From: Ascidiella aspersa
Lineage: Eukaryota
Assembly: GCA_963924565.1 (NCBI GenBank)
Contig: OZ004610.1
Span: 7,564,001-7,628,000 of the forward strand
Direction: 5' to 3'
Length of the DNA: 64,000 nucleotides
The position numbers and the translations under genes were made by a program. The notes under the pieces are model-generated. The model was given only the letters and a program-made list of their open reading frames with translations, did not search any database and had not been told where the DNA came from. Of the stretch, positions 38,501 to 46,865 are shown piece after piece; positions within the stretch are counted from its first letter, which is position 1, and every line of letters begins with the position of its first letter.

Positions 38501-41500
38501 TTTGCATTTCAGGCGGTGGTTCGAGATACACACCTCAGGGACTCCTGTTTGTCAACGAGTGGGGAACAAACAGATACGCAATGAACTCGGCCTTCGTCTG
38601 TCTTGTGGCATCTAAAATGCCCGAGCTGGACAGCGTAAAAAAGCGAAAATACAGGTTCGGAATGTGCTGATACTCAAACCATGCCTTCTAAAATTGAGGA
38701 AGTCACCTTATATTTTATGATAATATTAAGAGCGAAACTTTTTTACATCTCTAAGGTCAAACAAATTTAAACTCACTGCTAAAAAATAATAGTCAGTCAA
38801 TATAGAATTAAAAATGTCTATCTAAGTTATTTTCAACAGACAACAAGGCAAGTATCAGTTAGTATTTATAATTATTCACCAGCAATCCAAATCAGCATTA
38901 AATAAAATGTACGTTTAACACTTTGAAAGAGTTCTGAAGTCCACTCAATTCATAACAGCACATCATAAAAAAAATTATCGTTATTATTTATTATTACTGT
39001 GAAAATCTCTCTTGTGACTTTGTATAAATCATTTTTCAATTTGCGAGAAAGCAGGGGCACAAAGTGTTGAGAGTCCATTACCGTGCAGCTGACTGGAAGG
39101 TCCATTGGACCTTCGCTGCTCCGGCCGTATCGCGCGTGAATTTGTTTTTTGTTATAGCTTACTTGTGTATTTTAATTTAAGCGCTAACGGAAAAATAAAC
39201 ATTACTTACATTAAAGGTGGTCACCACTCATAACGTATTAAAACCAGGGCTGCGGAGTCGGGCTCGGGACTCGACGAAGTCGGTTTATTTTGCTGTAGTC
39301 GGACTCGGGACTCGAGTAAGACCACGTAAAATACTCGAGTCCCGAATCCGACGTACGCATGCGAAGTACCAAAATTCGAAACTGATAAGGCAGCAAACTG
39401 TTAATTATAAAAGTGTGATAGCAAATGGTAAAATATTTTCCAACCATGTATGTTTAATGGATCAGTTATATGACGGTGACTGGATGAAAGCCACCATTTA
39501 GCCGGAGTCGGACTCGAGACTCGTGAGTCCGGCTCGGGTTAATTTTTTATCTGGAGTCGGTCTCGGGAGTTATACTAGAGTTATTTTAAACCGGCTCCCC
39601 AGTCCTGGTTAAAACCACTGGTCTAAAGACTTCTATAGGTCTATTCCAATAGTAAAAAGTGTGAAATTTCAAAGAATCCGTTTTGTTGTCGGTCATCTTC
39701 TGCATTTAAAACGGTACTTCGATAGGAACTACTGATATTTTTTTCTAATAATAAGAAAACGGTACTCGGATGGGAAGCACTGACATTTTTTCTTATTAGG
39801 TATTTATCCGTTTTTTTTCTAATTTTTTAATTATCCAAGAGCGATTTGCTTTTATTGTGGCTTTGCTTTTTTAAGCATCATTTGTAATCTTTCGTTTTCA
39901 CGTGTAACGCGCAGGAAGTTCGCAGAAGACCAGATGGACTACATCCTGGGCAAGACCGGTAAAAGCTTCGTGGTAGGATACGGCTCGTACTACCCGGATA
40001 GACCACACCACAGATCCAGGTCAGTAAATTCGCTCCATGGCAATGTCATTACGCTGAAAATTAACTTTACAGTATATCGCAACGCGCTGACAATACCTCT
40101 CGTGTTGGGGCATGGGTTGGGTTCAGCTCAAGCCTACCATATTTTCTTGCTTTTGTATACGCTTAAGTCAGCGGACGCCTAATTTGATTTTTATAAAGCT
40201 GGATAACTGAAGATTTTGACGATTCCAATCCAACTCGTTTCTCAAATTTTGGAGAAGGAAATAACTGAATTATATAAATACTTCTTGCAAAACAAGCCTT
40301 AAGGGCTAAAATGCCTAGTATAGTTGTTTACCAAAAATATCCACCGAAAGGATTTGTTTGCCAGGCAGTTATTTTTTCCATAGTGGCGATTTTGCTTGCA
40401 AACAAATCGTATTTTTGTGGCTAACGAGGAAGCCTGGTATATTATCACACATTATCATCGGCCATCTTAAATTTAAAAGTGGCCGACATTAGTTACATAT
40501 TATATACATGTCACCATTTTAAAGTAATTTAATCAGGCCACAAGTTGCTTCTTTTTACACAAGGTCAACTATTAAGTTATCCTCGTAGTTTCAGTACCGA
40601 AGGATGTATTTTAGTGGGGAAAGTAGAATAATTTTTTAGAGGAACGATAAAACATTTTCTTAATGAAACGCATGATATTTTCAGACAAAGTTACGTCATA
40701 CCGAATAGTCAAAAATAAAAAAACCTTCGGGTGTAACTTTCCTAAAAAGTAACCTTCGGTAACCTAAGGGTATCGCTCGATGTAAAGCAGAAATATACAG
40801 CTAGGCCTGTCGAGAATAGAAATTCTTTTTTTATTGACGTGAAGAACCTAAAAACATTGTTTTTCTTTTTTGCCGTTCCGGCGGCAATTATTTTACTAAA
40901 ACGCCGTTTCCGGCTTACTTTCAGCGCCGACATTGAAATATTTCGCACATTTAAAACCCGCGCGCTTTCTTGCAGTTCGTGTTCGATGGCGGGCGCATGC
41001 GGGTGGGATTTCTACAACAAAGACTCTCCGAACCCCCAGGTGCTGGTCGGGGCCATGGTGGGCGGACCGGACGAGCTGGACGGCTGGCAGAACGACCGGA
41101 CCGACTACAAATCGAACGGCGTCTCGCTGGACCACAACGCCGGGCTTCAGAACACTGCCGCAGGTAATAGATAAACAACGAACTGTAAAGTGCAAGTGTG
41201 AGGCGGTATATGTATGTACATACATAATATTTCGCTATTAAAGCATCATAAGTATCCAAACACATACCACAATATGCTTTAATAGCAAAATATATTTATC
41301 ATATTATAACATCTAAACAAACTGATTTTCGGTTTACTAAGTTCTGTACTTGGTTTAATCTTTATCATTGATGTGCAGCCAGACTCGTTTGTTTTCACCA
41401 TTCGGATTCAGGCAGATTTGTTTTTCGAAATTAATTTTGATTACACAGTGCTGTCATGCATATAGCAGTAAAATAGGTAATAATGTAGTGAAGCGTAGAG

Positions 41501-44500
41501 GGGTGGTGTTGTAGGGAGCTATAGGAAGGCTGCTGACCCTATAGACGAGGGCCGACGGCTGCCTAAGTCTCTTACAAGTTCTTAATCCGACTCCAAAGGA
41601 GCAGGCCGCTAGAATACCTGTCCTTAACTTCTTGTACTCTAAGCAAAGACAATCCACTCAGTAGATAGTTGCTCTTAGAGTATATTCACAAATCTCAGAA
41701 ATACAGCGATAAACAGAGCGGTGATTCAAGCCGCTAATCAGTAAGACGTATAAAGTAGAATGAATTGTCAAATGCGGAAAAGCAATTCGCGAGGCGCGGC
41801 GGTCACACATCAGTGGACAATGGTCACGTGTATAGTGACGTAAAAGTAGGCTAAATGCTACAGAATTCCCCTTCCAATGAACAAGCCAGACGTAGGAAGG
41901 GTTGTTCATTAAAGAAAAAAAGAGATCTCAAAGATTGATATTAGGATTTGGTTTGGGTGCATGTCCGAAAGTTGTGGGACATGAAGAGAAATAGCATGCA
42001 AAAATGGCGAGCGAAAAACAAGCGTGGCGTTATAAGAAAACAATATATTTACAACTCAAGAGAGCAACGTTTTATGGGTGTTTTTATAATTTTTTTGGGG
42101 GGCGAATTTTTAAAAGATTTTTCTCCGTGATATATTTGTACACAAACGATTGAAAATGCAATACAGGAAACAATTAATGTTTGGCCGGGCTCTTTCAAGC
42201 TGCGGCAACTCAAATGAACAGCTGAAGGCTGTCTGTTTTGTAAACAAAGTTTGAACGATTAGTTTTCTTGGTCGCTCGGACCCTTTGCGACACAAATAAA
42301 TTTCAGGCGTACATTGATGAAATGCGATACATCGAATTATAGATACATGGCGATAAATTTCATGCACAATTCTGTAAGCTTAGCGTTTGGCTTTAAAGTT
42401 ATTTTTAGCAAACGTTGATTTAGGCCTCTGTGTCGCTGTTCGCGCTGTCAGAAATCGAATTTGTGAACGGTCTTGCCGCCGACTGTAGGTTAGGGGTGGG
42501 GGTTTGGGTAGGGTTATTTGTGTTGTTTTGTAAGGGTGGCATATTCGGGTCTCTCCTAGCAATATTGCGTAGGCGACTGCGCCACTCTGAGATGCGAATC
42601 CGCATGTTCGCCATTCGTTGTTCGAACGGGTTGTTTGGGAAACGCTGTTGAAGCCTTTCTGATAGAGCTGCGATGGTCAGTTTCATTCCCCAAATGCACG
42701 CTTGAATTACAAGGAAGCAAATTATTCCCTGTATCCAAGGGCTTGATATAGATGATATCATGCTTATCAGCGCGTTGTCTAGAACTTTTGCAAGGTAGCT
42801 GAGTTTTGCGCCTGTTCCGCCTGACGACGTGGTGTTTGCCAGGTCGGTGAAGTAAGCTTTCATTGTTTCAGCAATATGACGTGATTCCTCTATGGAGTTC
42901 ACGAGAGTGCTGAGGTCGGTTGAACTCGAAGACATTGAAGCAAAAGTGTGGAGCGTGTCCACGTAGTCTTGAGCTGTGAAGTTCAACGCAATTTTTGCGA
43001 AATGCATTATTAGCGTTGTCGTTGGGGCGTTTTCGTATTCCAACGTGTAGTTCTTGAAGATGTAAAGAACTCCTTGTATGACAAATTTTTGTACTCTGTT
43101 CGGAACGTAATCTTCGAGGGCTTCCACTTGGTCGTATGCAAAGCCATCGTAACCTAGCTGTGCTGTTCGAGTGGTACCATCGGGGTGACGATAACTTATC
43201 AGCGGACGCCTCGCGAACCTGTCAGAGAATTGATCAGTTTCCCATCTATTGTTCGGCAAGAAAGTTGGCTGATTGTGTCCGAATTTGATAGTCCCGCTGA
43301 GTTCGTGTCCTTCATGGTTGAAAGAACCTCGCTGGGGTAGACGCGTGAAAGCATCTTTAATGTCATAGTTGCACTTCGTTTTATCTGACACTCGAGCAAA
43401 TTGATTTCGCTTACTATTCGTGTCAGCTGTGATTCGACGTTGTCCTGTAGGTTATTGAGCGCTCGACCCACAGGAGAGTATCGATCCAGTGTAAAGTTTT
43501 GTGGGGGTTGAAAGTCTTTCGTTGGGATTTTGCAGCGTTGTGCGGCGAAAATTAGTCCGCCCAGGTCACAGAAAGCTGTGGGAACTCGAAGGCATCTCAA
43601 TGTGTTTTCATCACACAGGTTCCACGTGTGTAACGAAATGGCGAGGCTTCGGAATTCCAAACGGAAAAGCTTCTTTTGAGTATTGAAGTGGAGAAGCATC
43701 TTTTCTTCTCCGATGGTGGTTAGTTTCGGGCATCCGATGTTTTGCGGAACTTCCCAAATGAACCGATGTGTTCCAGATAAGCAATTGCCTTTTGCAACGT
43801 GGCAATCTTGTAGTGAAGTTAGTGTGCTGCTTATCCTTTTCTTTATTGGGTCGTATAAAATTGTCACTTGTGTCAAAATTGCGTTCTGTACTGTTCCGGT
43901 GGATTTGATTGGCCAGACGTATCGGAAATTTGGTTTGTTATTTGTCAACCACTGGTTGGGCGTTTTCTGCGTTAGATGTCCAAATTTAGTCTGTTTTGTT
44001 CTTGACCATTCTTGACAAAGATTCCTGCTTGGTGCTGCTTTGAAAGCGGTGTGTTGTTCTTTGGTCTTGGCGCCAAAGAAATACAAGACAGTTGAGTAGG
44101 TTGTTATTGTTTGTTGACAGCTGGAGGTAGTTAGTGGTTGAAGATGCAAGTCCGGATTGTAAACTTTTGCTGAGCCAATGGTTGATTGACCCTGTTTCGT
44201 GATAGACGCATTGCTCTGGCGTCTTAATGACGTAATCTTGTGAGATTTGAGCCTTATTGCAAAGGCGTAGATTTGTTAGCTGTATGGGGGTTGCTAACGG
44301 CAAAAACAATATATACAATATCAACAGTAGGAACGAAAAATTAGTCTGTTTGCGTGATGCGTTAATCACGGTATCTGGCTGGGAGGCGGATGTTTCGTCC
44401 TCTTGCAGTAGTCCGTTCCGTCTCAGGTGGCGTTTCAGTGTCTTCATCTTCGGAGACATCTGTTGAAACATCGTTAGGTGACGGTTGTGTTGGAACAGTT

Positions 44501-46865
44501 AGAATAGCGTAGGCGGTTTTCAAGCGGTCAATGGAAACGTTATCAGGTTTTCCATTTTTGTCAAGCTTGAAGTACTTGTTGCTTCTGTCAAGAACTTTGT
44601 ATGGCCCGTCATAGAGTGGGGCCAGGCTTGGTTTTGAAGCGTCGTTTCTCACGTAGACGTGTTTGCAGGTCATCAATGCCTTGTCGACGTAATTGGGCCT
44701 TTTATTTCGCGGCCGTGTCGGCTTGTATCGCTGTTTGTCCATGTAGGAGCGAATTTTGCAAAGAATACTTCCTGATGTTGCCTCGCTTTCTGGCGACGTA
44801 GTGGCAAAAACGTCATTGGGCAATTTCAGTCTTTGGCCGTAGAGAAGTTCTGCTGGCGAGCACTGTAAATCCTCTTTCCACGTTGATCGTAATTGCAGCA
44901 TAATGAGCGGCAGGTTGTAGTACCAGTCCTCTGCTGAAGTCTGTGCTCTTAGACACGATTTTAGCTGTCTGTGAAATCTTTCGATTTGGCCGTTGCTTTG
45001 TGGATGAAACGAGGTGGTTGTATTGTGTTGTATCCCCAAATATTCCATCATTTCCTTCCACTGGTGTGATGTGAACTGAGATCCACGGTCTGTGGTCAAA
45101 GTGTTGCATATTCCATATCTTGAAATCCAGGTGTATAGAAAAGCTTCTAACACAGTTTCGGTTGTTATGTCTTTTAGAGGTGAAACTTCGGTATAACGAG
45201 AAAAACGATCCGTCATGGTTAGAATGTACCTGTAACCGTTGCTGTTGTTTAACGGTCCCACTATGTCGGCGTGCACACATTCGAATCTCCTCTCAACTGG
45301 TTGGAATCGTCCAATTGGAGTGAAATTGTGCCGTGTCACTTTGCAAGTCGCGCATTCGTGACATTGTCTGGTCCAGATGCGAACGTGCTTTTTCATATGT
45401 GGCCATACATAGCGTTTTGCAATCAGTTCGATGGTGGGTTTGATTCCTGGGTGGGTCACGGAGTGTAGAATCCGGAAGACGTGATGTCTGAACCCTTGCG
45501 GAATGTATATTCTTGGCACAGAGCTGGAAGTGTCACACCATAATTCCGTCTTCATGGTTGGTGGAGTGAGTTTTTGTAGTGACATGCCAGTGCCGTTGTC
45601 CTATAGGGCTTTCAATTCTGGGTCTTCTTCTTGCGCTTGTGCGATGGCTTTCCAGTCGATCGCTTCCGTGTTGAGTTGAATGTGATTGAGCGCGTTTCTA
45701 GACAAGTGGTCGGCTACGACGTTATCCTTTCCTGCTACATGCTCCATGGATGTGGCGAATTCGGCGATGAAGACCAAGTGTCTCGCTTCTCGCGGAATTA
45801 TGCGATCCGCATTCGATGTGAAAGCGTGAACGAGAGGCAGATGGTCGGTGAAAATCGTTGTTTCTCTCTCTCCAATGTAATATATGAAGTGTTTCACCGC
45901 AAGGTAAATGCCAAGTAATTCGCGTCCAAACGCGGAACTGTCGTCTCTCTAATTGTCGAGATTTTTAGTCCGTTTTTTTGCCTGCTTTTGATTGCAATGT
46001 TCTGTCTTCAGATATCTTCCGAAGAACAAGGGGGTCACCAGTGAAGCGTAGAGGGGTGGTGTTGTAGGGAGCTATAGGAAAGCTGCTGACCCTATAGACG
46101 AGGGCCGACGGCTGCCTAAGTCTCTTACAAGTTCTTAATCCGACTCCAAAGGAGCAGGCCCCTAGAATACCTGTCCTTAACTTCTTGTACTCTAAGCAAA
46201 GACAATCCACTCAGTAGATAGTTGCTCTTAGAGTATATTCACAAATCTCAGAAATACAGCGATAAACAGAGCGGTGATTCAAGCCGCTAATCAGTAAGAC
46301 GTATAAAGTAGAATGAATTGTCAAATGCGGAAAAGCAATTCGCGAGGCGCGGTGGTCACACATCAGTGGACAATGGTCACGTGTATAGTGACGTAAAAGT
46401 AGGCTAAATGCTACAGTAGTGCTTTTTGTTTTATGTTTTTATTTGTTTTTTCTAAACGAATTATTCATTTATTGTGGCTGATACTTGTGTATCATTTTAT
46501 TGCAAATTGTTCCGACATTCTGCGCCATTCAACCACATACAGGCCGCTTTAACGACCTACAAATAACACTACTAAACACTGCTTTTATAAAACGTGACTT
46601 ACAACAGCTTTAGTGGTCGATAATCAATTCCGACAGACATAATTTACATAAACTGTTGCTACTGCGTCATTTATCCTGAGGAAAGCTACGCAAATAAGTC
46701 GTCAAAACGTTGAAGTCATATAATTATCAGAGGAACTGTTTTTAGATTCTGATATATTTTATTTTTTATTTCACAAATAACTGAGCTTGTCATTTGATTT
46801 CAGGTCTTCGACACTTTCAGCTCGAGTACGACGCTTGGCTGAGACAGGAGCGTAGCAATTCGTGA
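23414..46865 (+). CDS. Secreted multidomain GH9-family (cellulase-like) protein: SP-CBM2-linker-thyroglobulin type-1-linker-GH9; 16 coding exons, ~812 aa; catalytic residues substituted
   Basis: Hand-spliced exons 23414-23503, 25207-25335, 26121-26227, 28166-28313, 30100-30334, 31280-31513, 32116-32240, 33911-34055, 34716-34900, 35786-35957, 37250-37370, 37587-37837, 38513-38654, 39915-40019, 40976-41163, 46804-46865. Total 2439 nt, phases consistent, no internal stop. GH9 motifs: LLFFEAQRSG, DLSGGYY, KFGFP, KWGTDYLLK, PGSDLAGETAAA, DEIVWAALWLY, SWDNK, PHHRSS, GAMVGGPD, DHNAG. Confidence 0.9.
24013..24921. mobile_element. GACTT-rich MITE with a nested GGTTC-rich MITE (24328-24918)
   Basis: Outer CAGTGTTGTA...TACAACAC/CTG with TSD TATACCCA; inner TIR CAGGGAGTCGAACCG. 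Confidence 0.8.
25207..25335 (+). CDS. GH9-like gene exon 2: CBM2-like N-half
   Basis: TTGCAG acceptor; FEQDPWQNQTHVGYVGHFKIPVNVELRKWWIALIYTHKVTEFD; ends at a GCAAGT (GC) donor. Confidence 0.8.
26121..26227 (+). CDS. GH9-like gene exon 3: CBM2-like C-half
   Basis: CCCAG acceptor; AWQARYWKSSDDGKIVFVKNKSWNGRQRPGGVLDQ (CBM2 'N..WNG...PG' motif); GTCAGT donor. Confidence 0.85.
26475..27000. mobile_element. hAT-type MITE (related partial copy from ~63624)
   Basis: TIR CAGGGGTCGGCAACC; imperfect TSD CTATAGGG/CCCTAGGG. Confidence 0.8.
28166..28313 (+). CDS. GH9-like gene exon 4
   Basis: TAG acceptor, phase 2; YLINYEKKPG...MRAIPIKQ; GTGAGC donor. Confidence 0.8.
28383..28898. mobile_element. hAT-type MITE, same family as 9153-9630
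   Basis: CAGGGGTGTCCAAC start; TSD GTATAAAG; shares internal sequence in the opposite orientation. Confidence 0.82.
29296..29420. repeat. ~31-bp minisatellite (about 4 copies) inside a GACTT-rich MITE
   Basis: CATTTATAAAATAACTTAAGTTCAACATAAGT-like units in tandem. Confidence 0.8.
29878..30066. mobile_element. Inverted-repeat Penelope-like fragment with a minimal hammerhead motif (relatives at ~37470-37520, ~38218-38362, ~56350-56430)
   Basis: Long hairpin; minus arm reads CTGAAGA-T-AATAC-AAGCTC-GTATC-GAAACGTC. Confidence 0.6.
30100..30334 (+). CDS. GH9-like gene exon 5: Pro/Thr-rich linker
   Basis: TTTACAG acceptor; YNGFPDNFIMLPVEV...PPPVTRPVPT...GQRQY; GTAAGT donor. Confidence 0.85.
31280..31513 (+). 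CDS. GH9-like gene exon 6: thyroglobulin type-1 domain
   Basis: PQC...Y.AVQC....SCWCVDSRTG signature; TTCAG acceptor and GTGAGT donor; phase 1-1. Confidence 0.9.
32116..32240 (+). CDS. GH9-like gene exon 7: Thr/Pro linker and start of GH9 (YDYNE)
   Basis: GACAG acceptor; SATTTTPTTIKTTPPP...NNYDYNE; GTAAGG donor. Confidence 0.88.
32270..32708. mobile_element. GAGTC-rich MITE family (other copies 11559-12123, 27034-27416, 30779-31212, 39245-39607)
   Basis: CAGG(G)CTGC(G)GAGTCGG...CGACTC(C)(G)CAGCCCTG-like termini; 8-bp TSD CTCAATAT here. Confidence 0.8.
33911..34055 (+). CDS. GH9-like gene exon 8
   Basis: IIRNSLLFFEAQRSG...DLSGGYYL; TTTGCAG acceptor, GTGAGT donor. Confidence 0.93.
34716..34900 (+). 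CDS. GH9-like gene exon 9
   Basis: GDYVKFGFP...KWGTDYLLK...LVGQ; TGCAG acceptor, GTACGA donor. Confidence 0.93.
35786..35957 (+). CDS. GH9-like gene exon 10
   Basis: VGNPERENAFWTRPEHM...PGSDLAGETAAAMAA; CTTAG acceptor, GTGAGT donor. Confidence 0.92.
37250..37370 (+). CDS. GH9-like gene exon 11
   Basis: DPYVITLLSHARDLYDFALKFRGIYS...FYPSS; TTTAAG acceptor, GTGAGT donor. Confidence 0.9.
37587..37837 (+). CDS. GH9-like gene exon 12
   Basis: YGDEIVWAALWLYQATGE...SWDNK...; CCACAG acceptor, GTGGGT donor. Confidence 0.92.
38513..38654 (+). CDS. GH9-like gene exon 13
   Basis: YTPQGLLFVNEWGTNRYAMNSAF; TTTCAG acceptor, GTTCGG donor. Confidence 0.9.
39915..40019 (+). CDS. GH9-like gene exon 14
   Basis: FAEDQMDYILGKTGKSFVVGYG...PHHRS; GCAG acceptor, GTCAGT donor. 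Confidence 0.93.
40976..41163 (+). CDS. GH9-like gene exon 15 (contains the catalytic-acid position, here Gly)
   Basis: SCSMAGACGW...PNPQVLVGAMVGGPD...DRTDYKSNGVSLDHNAG; TTGCAG acceptor, GTAATA donor. Confidence 0.93.
41489..41862 (-). repeat. 3' LTR
   Basis: Direct repeat of 46042-46415 (3 mismatches seen by eye); preceded on the minus strand by the polypurine tract GGAAGGGGAA (41866-41875). Confidence 0.95.
42420..44471 (-). pseudogene. env: env-like glycoprotein gene (class III / gB-like), broken by two frameshifts (~44175, ~43225)
   Basis: Three overlapping ORFs join into ~680 aa: hydrophobic signal FSFLLLILYILFLPLATP, Cys-rich ectodomain, long helix, TM WIQGIICFLVIQACIWGM, cytoplasmic tail. 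Confidence 0.85.
44362..45937 (-). pseudogene. pol: Truncated pol: RNase H C-half plus integrase, with an in-frame TAG at 45601-45603
   Basis: SAFGRELLGIYLAVKHF...FTDHLPL (RNase H); HSVTHPG...CHEC zinc finger; HADIVG/TDRGSQF/HPQSNGQIERFH DDE core; LYDGPYKV. gag, PR and RT are absent. Confidence 0.92.
46031..46040 (-). promoter_or_regulatory. Primer binding site, tRNA-Trp type
   Basis: TGGTGACCCC is complementary to the ...GGGGUCACCA 3' end of eukaryotic tRNA-Trp. Confidence 0.8.
46042..46415 (-). repeat. 5' LTR
   Basis: Direct repeat of 41489-41862; followed on the minus strand by 1 nt and the PBS. Confidence 0.95.
46804..46865 (+). CDS. GH9-like gene terminal exon 16
   Basis: TTTCAG acceptor, phase 1, continuing AAG-LRHFQLEYDAWLRQERSNS*; candidate AATAAA at 47190-47195. 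Confidence 0.75.

Larger units (their letters stand above)
41489..46415 (-). mobile_element. Ty3/Gypsy LTR retrotransposon (CsRn1-like by PBS/TSD), internally deleted, env-bearing
   Basis: Two 374-bp TG..CA LTRs; 4-bp TSD GTAG (41485-41488 and 46416-46419); PBS TGGTGACCCC; PPT; RNaseH-integrase order with GPY/F motif; env-like ORF. Confidence 0.95.

Noticed and set aside
40896-41265. Antisense and alternate-frame ORFs over exon 15 (similar ones over exons 5, 6, env and pol)
   Set aside because: Shadow ORFs caused by GC-rich codon usage on the coding strand
41484-41488. Alternative LTR boundary giving perfect TGTAG...CTACA termini
   Set aside because: The other LTR lacks these bases, and GTAG is duplicated at 46416-46419, so it is the TSD; the true LTR edge is 41489
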